Origin: Kiritimatiellia bacterium
Lineage (GTDB): Bacteria > Verrucomicrobiota > Kiritimatiellia > UBA8416 > JBFIFS01
DNA length: 64,000 nt
NCBI GenBank assembly: GCA_041602695.1
Contig: JBFIFS010000002.1
Coordinates: 2,644 to 66,643 of the forward strand
Reading direction: 5' to 3'
Of this stretch, positions 29,431 to 38,726 are shown piece by piece. The notes under the pieces were generated by a model that had not been told where the DNA came from, made no database searches, and saw nothing but the letters and a program-made list of their open reading frames with translations. A program made the translations under genes and the position numbers. Numbering within the stretch: the stretch's first letter is position 1; every line of letters begins with the position of its first letter.

Positions 29431-31146
29431 CTATTCGACTTTGCTTTCCCTGATTGCCTGTGCGATGAACTCATCGACCTGCATCTGCCCCAAATCACCT
29501 TCTGCCCTGCTTCTTACGGCCACCACGCCTGCCTCGGCCTCCTTTGCGCCGACTATGAGCATATAGGGAACCTTTTCTGTCTGCGCGCGCCTTATTTTAG
29601 CACCGAGCTTGTCTGATTTCCAATCCGCATCGACACGCAGGCCCGCTCCGCGGAACTTATCAAGCAGGTCATCAACAAATGCTTTCTGCTTATCCGTAAT
29701 CGGCAATATGCGCACCTGCTCAGGAGCCAGCCACAAAGGGAATGCACCTCCGTAATGCTCAATCAGTATCCCAAAGAACCTCTCGAGAGAGCCCAGAAGA
29801 GCCCTGTGAACCATGTACGGCTCATGGTCTTTCCCGTCCTCGCCCCTGTAAACCAGACCAAAACGGGAAGGCAGGTTGAAGTCAAATTGTATGGTACTGA
29901 GCTGCCACTCCCTGCCAATACAGTCTTTAATCTTTATGTCAATCTTTGGGCCGTAAAAAGCTCCGCCGCCCTCATCGACCTCATGTTCAAGACCTTCGGC
30001 TTCCAGGGCCGATTTCAGGGACGCCGTCGCCTGGCTCCATCGTTCGGGCTCACCCACTGACTTCTCCGGCCTGGTCGACAGATAGGCCTTCATCTCCGTA
30101 AAGTCAAAAAGCGCCAGCATGTCCAGGGCAAAGCGCAAAGTCCGCCGCACCTCCTGCTCAATCTGCTCGGGCGTACAGAAAATATGCGCATCATCTTGCG
30201 TAAAACCGCGGACCCGGAGCATCCCTGACAGAACGCCGCTCTTCTCATACCGATATACCGTCCCCAGCTCCGCCCATCTCAGCGGCAGGTCCCTGTACGA
30301 GCGCAACTGTGACTTATAGACCTGAATGTGAAACGGACAGTTCATCGGCTTGACGTAGTAATCATTTCCGTCAATCTCCATGGGAGAATACATGCCTTCG
30401 CTGTAGAAATCCAGGTGCCCGGAGGTCTCCCATAGGCCCGCTCGTCCGATATGAGGACTGAATATTATCTCGTAACCCGATTCCAGGTGGCGCTTGCGCC
30501 ACATATCTTCGATGGCGCAACGGATGCGAGCGCCACGTGGATGCCAGTGAACAAGGCCCGGCCCAACCGAATCACTTACGCTATAGAGGTCCAGCTCACG
30601 GCCAAGCTTCCTGTTGTCGCGCTGTTTTGCCTCCTCAAGCTGGCGCAGCTTCTCTTCAAGCACCTCTTCGCTCTCGGCAACAGTGCCGTATACCCGCTGA
30701 AGCATGGGGTTTGTCTCCTTGCCCCGGAAATACGACCCCGCCACGGAGACGAGCTTAAATGCCGCAATCTGACCTGTTGAATCAAGGTGGGGCCCTCGAC
30801 AAAGGTCAACGAAATCACCGCTCCTGTAAAAGGTTATCTCTTCACCTTCCGGTATGTCCGCGAGGCGCTTCAGCTTGTATTCCTGCCCACTGTCCTTAAG
30901 GATCTTCTCCGCCTCCTGCCTCGACATCTCGAGTCTTTCAAAAGGCAAGTCCTCCTTTATGATCCTCGCCATTTCCTTCTCGATGGCAGGAAAATCCTCG
31001 GGGGAAAGCCGATCTTCTAGATCGAAATCGTAATAGAACCCGTCGTCAGTATCAGGTCCAATATCGAGCTGGACGCCCTTGAAGACTCTGCAGACAGCAG
31101 CAGCCATAACATGCGCCGCACTGTGGCGCATCACACTTAAATCCAA
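29431..31146 (-). CDS. thrS: threonine--tRNA ligase (lacking N-terminal TGS domain)
   Basis: 571 aa starting at the N2/editing domain (RHSAAHVMA...DDGFYYDFD). Class II catalytic and anticodon-binding domains follow. A GAGGAG SD precedes the ATG, and an in-frame TAA lies 13 codons upstream of it. Confidence 0.85.
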   Translation of the reverse strand: MDLSVMRHSAAHVMAAAVCRVFKGVQLDIGPDTDDGFYYDFDLEDRLSPEDFPAIEKEMARIIKEDLPFERLEMSRQEAEKILKDSGQEYKLKRLADIPEGEEITFYRSGDFVDLCRGPHLDSTGQIAAFKLVSVAGSYFRGKETNPMLQRVYGTVAESEEVLEEKLRQLEEAKQRDNRKLGRELDLYSVSDSVGPGLVHWHPRGARIRCAIEDMWRKRHLESGYEIIFSPHIGRAGLWETSGHLDFYSEGMYSPMEIDGNDYYVKPMNCPFHIQVYKSQLRSYRDLPLRWAELGTVYRYEKSGVLSGMLRVRGFTQDDAHIFCTPEQIEQEVRRTLRFALDMLALFDFTEMKAYLSTRPEKSVGEPERWSQATASLKSALEAEGLEHEVDEGGGAFYGPKIDIKIKDCIGREWQLSTIQFDFNLPSRFGLVYRGEDGKDHEPYMVHRALLGSLERFFGILIEHYGGAFPLWLAPEQVRILPITDKQKAFVDDLLDKFRGAGLRVDADWKSDKLGAKIRRAQTEKVPYMLIVGAKEAEAGVVAVRSRAEGDLGQMQVDEFIAQAIRESKVE

Positions 31147-31379
31147 TTTGTTGCTCCTCTAATGATTCCTTACTGGAAACCGCAAAAAATTAGCACTTCT
31201 CAGCATATTGTCAATGAAACAGGCAGCTATTTATAAACTCTTTTCATCCATACTGCACCACGCGTCATTGACCTTGCTCTATCTTTTTCTATACTCGGCT
31301 CGTGGATAGATCACTTGCAAAGACGAGCTGGCGCTCCTTCACGCAGGACGAGCGCAACCTGTTTACTGCCGGAGCCTGC

Positions 31380-32012
31380 ATGCTTATCTGCTGGATAGCA
31401 GCGGTGGCAACTCTATGGCGAATGGCACACCCTCTCTGGGACGACCTCCTTACAATGGGCTTCACTGAGATTTTTCTCGGCCGCGCTGCAGCCATTGCCC
31501 AGGCCACCCAAATCGAAATGAATACCACCGTCATAGTCCTCTTTACCACACACATTGACATTATGACCGTCTTCCTGCTCTTCCCGATCCTCACCCTGTC
31601 CTATCGCAGCCTTTTCAAGGAATCTTTCTACCAAAAACACATGAAGCCCGTTTTCGCTGCCGCTACCAAGAGTGTGTCGCGGTTCAGCGAGGCCAAAGTC
31701 GCGGGGGTGTTTCTCTTTGTGTGGTTTCCTTTCTGGGGTACAGGCGTCGTCGTCGGAGCCATTCTCGGGTATCTGCTGGACCTCCGCACCTGGGTCAACA
31801 TGCTCACCGTCAGCCTCGGCACCTTGACCGCTATCCTTTGCTGGGTTTTCGCTTACGACAAGCTGTTCACTTGGCTCGGAGGAATAAGCAACAGCATACC
31901 CGCTATCTTCACCGGGCTTCTACTTGCGGCATTGATCGTGTGGAACGTCGTGCACGGAGTTAAGAACGCCAAGCGGAACGGCGCATCAAAGAGAAGATCA
32001 AAGAGCCGCTAG
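31380..32012 (+). CDS. small multidrug export-like membrane protein (Sm_multidrug_ex family)
   Basis: Polytopic membrane protein with the FPFWGTGVVVGAILGYLLDL motif. A TTGACC-16-TATACT promoter lies upstream. The track ORF starts at a GTG at 31302. Confidence 0.5.
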   Translation: MLICWIAAVATLWRMAHPLWDDLLTMGFTEIFLGRAAAIAQATQIEMNTTVIVLFTTHIDIMTVFLLFPILTLSYRSLFKESFYQKHMKPVFAAATKSVSRFSEAKVAGVFLFVWFPFWGTGVVVGAILGYLLDLRTWVNMLTVSLGTLTAILCWVFAYDKLFTWLGGISNSIPAIFTGLLLAALIVWNVVHGVKNAKRNGASKRRSKSR

Positions 32013-33727
32013 AGCTTGTCTGCGTAAGGTATTTTGAGCCCATAATCCCTCGCAAGTTTCAGCAATGCTCCCCGGTAGGCCTCGTCACCTGTGCGCGCTA
32101 TTTCACCCACAAGATGGTAAGCCTTCTGCATCGCCCATTCCTGCCGCACATCTTTTGCGCCCTTCCTGGCATCGTCCTCAACGGAAAGATCGAAAATCAT
32201 ATCGCATTTCGTGTCCCCCGCAGCACCCATAGCCTGAAAAGTAACGCGCGCCATGCTCTTTGGCAGCCGGCCGTAAATCACGAGCGGATCATCCAAATAC
32301 AAGTGCCGCACCTTTGCCGGATAGACCTCTACTCCATTACCCGCAAACGCAAGCTTAAGATTGGAAAGGACCGGCCTGCTGATTGCCTGCACCTGATTCG
32401 TGAAATCCTCAGCGATTGACCACCGCCCTCCCTTCACGACGTGTGTCGCTCCTCCGTTGCAGTAACTCAGTATATCGAGGAGAAACATGTTCGCGTCTGA
32501 CCTTGTGCCCATCGTATAAACCGACACGCCATGCTCATTGGCCTTGGTGAACTCACGTATTATCGCAGCACTTTCAACGATCCCTGTAGTCGCAAGTCCG
32601 TCTGTGACAAGAAAGGCCACGCAAGGGCGCCCCTTTTCAACCTTCAGGTCCCGCAAAGCACCCATCGAAGCGAGAATGTCGGTATTTCCTGCGGACCGCA
32701 GATTGGAAGCGTATCTCTTTCCTTTCTCAAGGCTGCCCCCGGAAGGCCGGACCCAATCCTCAAAGCAGAAGACCGGCTTGTCACTGAACGAGACTATATT
32801 AAATCGGTCTTCTTCTGAAACGAGGCGCAGGCTCGCGGCAATGCCTTTGCGACAAAAATGCAGCCGCTGCTCAGCCATGCTGGCCGATGAGTCCTGCACG
32901 AAGACGATGTCCTTCGGAAGCACGGGAAGCACGTCTTCCCCCTTCCTCCTGACTTCGAGCTTGAAATATGCATTCTCCGAGCTGAAAAAGGGTGTGTAGA
33001 CAGTCAGTTCCGCGCGCAGGAAGTCGTCAATCGAGCGAATCCTCCTCTCGCCTTTCTCGGCCTCATCAAGGGCCTCGGAAATACCCCCCGTTTCCGGGCT
33101 GGGCCCCCGCACGGGAGCATCTTCCCGCGCCGGCGGAGCAAGCGGCAGGACTTGCTCACCATTCTCGATTTGACGACCCCCGCCTATCGGAGCCGGCGCT
33201 GACGCCCTTCCCAACTCCTCGTAGTCAACGGGATAAACGATATCCGGTGCATCTCCACCCCTTGCGATCTCCGGAATGATTCTCCGGTTTTCCCTGACGA
33301 CATCCTTTCCAATAAGCTTCTCCGATATGTCCAGCAGCTCCCGACGCGGCTGCCAGGAGCCCTCATCTTCCCGCTGTGAGTGCTTCAGCAATGCCGCTTC
33401 AGCCCCCGAAACATTACCGTCCCCCGCATCTACCGGATCTATCAGGCCGGGATCATAATCCCTGCGGAATTCACCTATCTCGCTCCCGGCCTCCCCGCCC
33501 CGCCCGCCACCGGCACCGCTCGTTTCTCTAACCCGGCGAGGGACGGTTTCTTTGACTTCCTGAAGAGCAAATCTCCGCTTCTGCTTTGTTGCAGCACCCT
33601 TGAGCTTCACAAACTCAAAAGTCACACTGGAAAGCCAGACCAGCGCCCCTAAGTGCAGGATTGCCGAAAGAACGATCGAAAGTGCAACAAATATGAAGGT
33701 ATGCGTTGCTTGCCGCTTACTCGTCAT
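32009..33727 (-). CDS. membrane-anchored von Willebrand factor A domain protein with Pro/Gly-rich spacer (TonB-like topology)
   Basis: N-terminal TM helix (FIFVALSIVLSAILHLGALVWL), then about 170 aa of low-complexity Gly/Pro/Ala-rich linker, then a VWA domain with an intact MIDAS (DSSASM ... FLVTDG). It is the last gene of the exbB-exbD-TPR cluster. Confidence 0.65.
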   Translation of the reverse strand: MTSKRQATHTFIFVALSIVLSAILHLGALVWLSSVTFEFVKLKGAATKQKRRFALQEVKETVPRRVRETSGAGGGRGGEAGSEIGEFRRDYDPGLIDPVDAGDGNVSGAEAALLKHSQREDEGSWQPRRELLDISEKLIGKDVVRENRRIIPEIARGGDAPDIVYPVDYEELGRASAPAPIGGGRQIENGEQVLPLAPPAREDAPVRGPSPETGGISEALDEAEKGERRIRSIDDFLRAELTVYTPFFSSENAYFKLEVRRKGEDVLPVLPKDIVFVQDSSASMAEQRLHFCRKGIAASLRLVSEEDRFNIVSFSDKPVFCFEDWVRPSGGSLEKGKRYASNLRSAGNTDILASMGALRDLKVEKGRPCVAFLVTDGLATTGIVESAAIIREFTKANEHGVSVYTMGTRSDANMFLLDILSYCNGGATHVVKGGRWSIAEDFTNQVQAISRPVLSNLKLAFAGNGVEVYPAKVRHLYLDDPLVIYGRLPKSMARVTFQAMGAAGDTKCDMIFDLSVEDDARKGAKDVRQEWAMQKAYHLVGEIARTGDEAYRGALLKLARDYGLKIPYADKL

Positions 33728-36062
33728 TGCCACCCCCATCCCCACCTGATGGATAGCGCCTCGATAATTCTTCCAGTGCCTTATCACCCTCCCTCTTCAT
33801 GCCGGCCAGGCCATAAGCCCTGGCCGCGGAAGCCAGCGCGCGCGGAACAAGAACCTTGTCCTCGAACAGGACTGCGACACTCATAAAGTAGCGCGCAGCT
33901 TTCTCATAATCTTTCTTCAGCTCCGCAGTGTCACCAAGCCCCAGATATGCACGCGCCCTTACAGGCACACCTTCCCCTCCCAACGCGAGCTCAGCGGCCG
34001 CCGCAAAATACTCCTGTGCCGCCTCCAGGTCTTGCGCCTTCAGCGCCCCTTCGCCCAGCGACAGCGCAGCCTCGGCCTTGAAAAGTGATTCCTCCTCAAT
34101 CTGGTAGGCCGCCGCAAACATCTTCAGGGACTCCTTCTCGCTCCCCGCCAGACCGTTCGCCCTGCCCTGAAAACAGAAGGCCTCCTGCCTTTCAACAGGA
34201 AGCTCAGACAAGCGCTGGAGCTTCTCTGCCGCATCAACAGATTTCCTGCCGTCGTTCTGATTGAGGCGATAGCCTGCCAGCCAAGTAAAGATGTTCCTTC
34301 CTGCTGATTTCAGCTCTTCCTCTCCGGACAGGCGCTGCAACTCATCAGCCGCGCGCTTCTCGTCACCTGCCCTGTAGATAGCCAGCGCCCGATAAGCACG
34401 CGCCTTTGCTGCCATGGTTCCCTCCAAACCGAGCTCAAGCGACTTCCCAAACGACTGCTCCGCGGACTTGTGCTGGCCGCGTTCCGCAGCTATGAGCCCC
34501 TTCCAGAACCATGCCTCATTTGCCTTCGCGTCTTCCGCATAGCGGCGCAGGAGAAGGTCTACTGTCACCTCGGCTTCCTTCATGCGCTTCAAACGCACCT
34601 CTGCAGCAGCCAGGTTCAACAGCGACTCAGGAACCAGCTCATGCTCGGAATATTTCGAAACCATTTCCCTCCATGCCGACGCTGCTTCCTCCAGCTGGCC
34701 GGCCTCCATCCGGCAAAGGCCGCAAGCGAGCAGGGCCTTAGGAGCCAGCGCTCCTTTTGAGAAACGTTGCGCTACCTCTGCATATAGGCCAGCAGCCCCC
34801 TTCCAGTCCTTTCTGGAACGAAGGATTCCCGCGAGGCGAAATGACACTTGTTCAATGAACCGCCCTTCCGGAAATTCCTTGAGCAGCTTGCGGTAGAATT
34901 GCACGGCCTGATCGTTTCTTTCTGCCTCTTCACTGGCCCGCCCCTTAAGCCACAACACGTCCTCTGCAACCTTGCTTTCCTTCCAATCCCCGCCTTCCAC
35001 TGACGAGAGAACGGACTCATATTCCTCGAGGGCGAAATAGCATAGGGCACGCTCATATACATATGCATACGAGTTGCCTCCACCCATCTCGATAAGAAAA
35101 CTGTACGTTCGGACGGCATCACGGTTCTTCTTAAGGGCCCGCTCACTGTTGGCCTTGAGGTACAGCCAGTGCCTCTTCATCTCTACCGACTGCTCTTCTC
35201 CCTGCAGCGCCGTTTCGGCGACTTCCAGGGCTTTAGCTGTATAACCGGCATTATACTGGGCCCAAGCGGCATCAAGCTTCGACTCCCTCGCCCGCTTGTC
35301 CTCCGGATATTGCCTGGCAAGTTCAGCGAACGCCCGCGAACTCTCCTCAAATGAGCTGCGCTCAAACTCAAGCCTGCCTATCTGGTACAAGGCCTCAGCA
35401 GCAACCCGATCGGAAATGGTATTGGTGGCCGCAGCCCTGTAATACCTTAAGACCCTGCCGGGACTCTCGCCGCGGGCCGCACCTATCTCGGCTAGGCGGA
35501 GAAGCGCAAAGGGAGCATAATCCGAGGATGGGAAGTCGTTTGCTATCACTCCATATGCCTTCTCCGCGGCATTTGTTTTGTTCACAGCCAGCAGCGCGTC
35601 ACCAATAAAGTAATGACAGGCCGAAGCCACTGGCTCGCCGGGCTTTCGCTCGAGAACCATCCTGTAGAGCTCCACGCCATCTTCATACCTCTTCTCCGAG
35701 ATGAAGATATCGGCGCGCTTCACCCCTGCCTTGGCAGCGTATTCGCTCTCAGGAAACAGCTTGAACACTTTAGCATACTGCTTCTGGGCCTGGCCACTGT
35801 CGCCGAGGTGCCTGTAAGCATCGCCAAGCCGATAATGCGCTGCATCTGCTGCCGGATGAGACGGCTCGGCCTCCAGCAGTTTGGTGTATTCCTCAATCGC
35901 CAGATTGTAAAGCTCCCGTGCAAAGAGGCCGTCGGCAAACTGCATTCGTTCCTGCGCCGACATCGTATTCGCCAACACCGGCATCAGGGTTGACAGGATA
36001 AGCCCGCCAGCCACTGCGAGACGTATGGCGCTGTTTGTATTCGTCCGGTAGCAATACGACAT
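33717..36062 (-). CDS. tetratricopeptide repeat protein (secreted/periplasmic)
   Basis: Signal peptide (AIRLAVAGGLILSTLMPVLANT) followed by more than 15 TPR-like repeats (YbgF/TolA-accessory-like). Start placed at MSYCY; the track ORF starts at 36179. Confidence 0.7.
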   Translation of the reverse strand: MSYCYRTNTNSAIRLAVAGGLILSTLMPVLANTMSAQERMQFADGLFARELYNLAIEEYTKLLEAEPSHPAADAAHYRLGDAYRHLGDSGQAQKQYAKVFKLFPESEYAAKAGVKRADIFISEKRYEDGVELYRMVLERKPGEPVASACHYFIGDALLAVNKTNAAEKAYGVIANDFPSSDYAPFALLRLAEIGAARGESPGRVLRYYRAAATNTISDRVAAEALYQIGRLEFERSSFEESSRAFAELARQYPEDKRARESKLDAAWAQYNAGYTAKALEVAETALQGEEQSVEMKRHWLYLKANSERALKKNRDAVRTYSFLIEMGGGNSYAYVYERALCYFALEEYESVLSSVEGGDWKESKVAEDVLWLKGRASEEAERNDQAVQFYRKLLKEFPEGRFIEQVSFRLAGILRSRKDWKGAAGLYAEVAQRFSKGALAPKALLACGLCRMEAGQLEEAASAWREMVSKYSEHELVPESLLNLAAAEVRLKRMKEAEVTVDLLLRRYAEDAKANEAWFWKGLIAAERGQHKSAEQSFGKSLELGLEGTMAAKARAYRALAIYRAGDEKRAADELQRLSGEEELKSAGRNIFTWLAGYRLNQNDGRKSVDAAEKLQRLSELPVERQEAFCFQGRANGLAGSEKESLKMFAAAYQIEEESLFKAEAALSLGEGALKAQDLEAAQEYFAAAAELALGGEGVPVRARAYLGLGDTAELKKDYEKAARYFMSVAVLFEDKVLVPRALASAARAYGLAGMKREGDKALEELSRRYPSGGDGGGNDE

Positions 36063-36096
36063 GGTTCCGACTAGCTCCCTGTATACACGCCCTGCC

Positions 36097-36519
36097 CTAC
36101 GCGTCATCAGCCTGAATTGTTGCAAAAGATATGTTGCCGATATCCGCCTCCCTGCAGAGGTCCAGGACATGTATGACATGCTCGTAAGCCGTTAGCCTGT
36201 CGGCGCGGATGAGTACCGGCTGCCCCTTGAAGAGGCTTGATACCCGGCTCAACAGCTTTCTAAGTTCCGCATCATCAAACTCTATATCGTTGATGACAAC
36301 ATCGCCACCCGCCTTGATGTTGATGATTATCTCGCCAGGAAGCCTGTCCGGCGGATCGCCCGACGTTGATGTCGGCAGAACAATGCCGATCTCGGTCTCC
36401 CACTGAGAAAACACCTGGCTGGCAATAAAAAAGCACAGCAGCAGGAATATTACGTCAATCATCGGGGCGATCTGAAAAGTCGGCGCCTCGACTTTCTGCT
36501 TTCCGCGAAAATTCACCGC
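36097..36519 (-). CDS. exbD: ExbD/TolR family biopolymer transport protein
   Basis: APMIDVIFLLLCFFIASQVF TM segment plus the ExbD periplasmic domain. A GTG start overlaps the exbB TGA as GTGA, with an AAGAGGG SD. Confidence 0.8.
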   Translation of the reverse strand, partial: AVNFRGKQKVEAPTFQIAPMIDVIFLLLCFFIASQVFSQWETEIGIVLPTSTSGDPPDRLPGEIIINIKAGGDVVINDIEFDDAELRKLLSRVSSLFKGQPVLIRADRLTAYEHVIHVLDLCREADIGNISFATIQADDA

Positions 36520-37310
36520 ACCCTCTTTGCACAAAACGCGTTAAATACATTGGCCGTCTGCGTCTCCAGAATTGATATGAGAAGCGAAGCGCGGCGCCGG
36601 AAATAGGCATAAAACATCATTGCCGGGATACCGACTATCAAACCGAAGGCCGTCGTGATCAGGGCCTCGGAAACTCCGCCGGCCAGGACCACAGGCTTAG
36701 CACTTGCCACATCCAGGGCAACCGCATTGAAGGCCTTAAGCATCCCGAAGACTGTACCCAGAAGCCCAAGCATCGGAGAGACAACCGCCACATCCAGAAG
36801 ATACTGGGTCTGCCCCTGCAGCTTCTCGGCCTCACGGGCGCCGGCCCCCTCCAGGACGTCCTTCACGATGGTTGGGTCCATGTCACTAACGCCCTTGACG
36901 TGATCCAGCCCTGACATGACGATGCCTGACAGGGCGCAGGGCTTGAACTCACAAATCCGCGTGACGTCCTCAAACGCGCCCATCCTGACCAGCTTCAGTA
37001 TTTCAGCTTCCATATCGTACGGACCCGTCTGCGAGGTCCTCAGCGACAGGAAGAAATAGACAACCAACGCCACAGTGAGGATCGAAAGCGCGATTAGAGG
37101 ATACATGACCCAGCCGCCGGCTTCAAAAATCTCACCAAGCTCCATTCTTACGGCCTTTTCAGCCGCTGCGACATCTTCGACATTTTCAGGTCCTGTCGCA
37201 GGATGCTGCGCAAATAGCGGCGCGAAAGCTGTAATCACAAAAACCGCGGCAAAGACGAGGACAAGCATCCTCCCGCCGCACCAACGTGCTGATTCACGAC
37301 TGTTTCGCAT
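36513..37310 (-). CDS. exbB: MotA/TolQ/ExbB proton channel family protein
   Basis: Three TM segments with the PMLGLLGTVFGMLKAF motif. The N-terminus is signal-peptide-like. Start placed at ATG 37310 (AAAGGG SD); the track ORF begins at a TTG at 37343. Confidence 0.8.
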   Translation of the reverse strand: MRNSRESARWCGGRMLVLVFAAVFVITAFAPLFAQHPATGPENVEDVAAAEKAVRMELGEIFEAGGWVMYPLIALSILTVALVVYFFLSLRTSQTGPYDMEAEILKLVRMGAFEDVTRICEFKPCALSGIVMSGLDHVKGVSDMDPTIVKDVLEGAGAREAEKLQGQTQYLLDVAVVSPMLGLLGTVFGMLKAFNAVALDVASAKPVVLAGGVSEALITTAFGLIVGIPAMMFYAYFRRRASLLISILETQTANVFNAFCAKRVR

Positions 37311-37355
37311 CAAATCCACACCCTTTCTTTCACAATGGCTCAACAGGCAATGCCT

Positions 37356-38726
37356 CTACTTTCCTGCGAGCACTTTCTCTTCAGCTTTGTCTATCTTAAC
37401 ACAAGTCTTCTGCAGCCAACCCGCAAGCGACCGTAATTTCAATTTGCATGCATCCAGGTTAAGGTTTCCGGACGAACCCAGGTGACTGCGGGATGCCAGC
37501 GACTGCTTTATTGTCTCTGCATCAACACCGGCCCCAAGCTCAGACTTTACCCTGTCGTAAGCGGCGCGGAACGGCATCCCCGCAGCAACGTATTTCAGCG
37601 CAAGGTCCGTAGCAAACACTTCGGCACTCATTCCGGCAGCCAGCGCCTTCTTGTTGCACGTAATGCCCCCAAACAGCCTGCCTGCGATATGCATACTTTC
37701 CGCCGTGATCCACACACCCTTCATTGCCGGGCCCTTAGTCTCCTGCAAGTCGCGGTTGTAGCCCCAGGGAAGCTTACTCACCACGTCGCCAACCGTTGAC
37801 GCGCAGCCCCTTATAACCGCCGCGCGCGCGCGCACAAGCTCAAGTACATCTGGATTCTTCTTCTGCGGCATAATACTGCTGCCGGTACAGAATTCCGCCG
37901 GCAAATCGAAGTATCCAAACTCCGGAGCTGTGTAGAGGATAGTGTCCTCCGCGAGACGCGACAAGGTCAGCATCGCAAACGAGCAGGCACTCAGCACCTG
38001 CGCTTCGACTTTCCCCCGCGATGCACCCGCAGTCAGCACATTGTTGACCGGACCATCGAAAGCAAGGAGCTTAGCCACCAGCTCTCGATCGATATCGACC
38101 GGCACCCCGTAGCCGGCGGCAGAGCCCAGAGGGCAGTAGTTGATCTGATTAAAGACAGACTGGAGAAACTCGGCGTCAGCGGCTAACGCTTCCGCAAATG
38201 ACGCGGCCCACAGCCCCACAGTACTGGGCATAGCGGGACGGAAATGTGTGCGCCCGGCCATAGGTGTAGACTTGTTCTTGGCGGCAAACTTCAACATAAC
38301 CGATGCCAGCTCCAGCACCCCCCCCGTAACGTCAAGCAGGCCGTCGCGTAAATACATCCGCATATCGAGCGCCGACTGGTCGTTGCGGCTGCGCGCTGTA
38401 TGCACCTTCTTGCCCAGGTCACCAAGATTCTTAGTCAGATGACGCTCAACAGCCATATGAACATCCTGGTCCCGGGCTGTTATGCTGAACTTCCCCTCTT
38501 CGTCCAGGCCTATCACGGTGCGTAAAGCCTTGAGCACACGCTTCAGTTCGGCCTGCGATAAAATAGGTTTGCAGCCCTTTATCCGCGAGAGCATGGTGAC
38601 GTGAGCAGCGGTTCCAATGCAATCGTAGCGCACCAGATTCGCGTCCAGCAGGGCATCCTCCCCTGCCGTGAACTGCAGCACGTCAGGATCTATGCTTCCG
38701 ACGATGGTCTTACTTGCTTTCTTCAT
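37356..38726 (-). CDS. argH: argininosuccinate lyase
   Basis: Fumarate-lyase family signature GSSIMPQKKNPD. Confidence 0.9.
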   Translation of the reverse strand: MKKASKTIVGSIDPDVLQFTAGEDALLDANLVRYDCIGTAAHVTMLSRIKGCKPILSQAELKRVLKALRTVIGLDEEGKFSITARDQDVHMAVERHLTKNLGDLGKKVHTARSRNDQSALDMRMYLRDGLLDVTGGVLELASVMLKFAAKNKSTPMAGRTHFRPAMPSTVGLWAASFAEALAADAEFLQSVFNQINYCPLGSAAGYGVPVDIDRELVAKLLAFDGPVNNVLTAGASRGKVEAQVLSACSFAMLTLSRLAEDTILYTAPEFGYFDLPAEFCTGSSIMPQKKNPDVLELVRARAAVIRGCASTVGDVVSKLPWGYNRDLQETKGPAMKGVWITAESMHIAGRLFGGITCNKKALAAGMSAEVFATDLALKYVAAGMPFRAAYDRVKSELGAGVDAETIKQSLASRSHLGSSGNLNLDACKLKLRSLAGWLQKTCVKIDKAEEKVLAGK

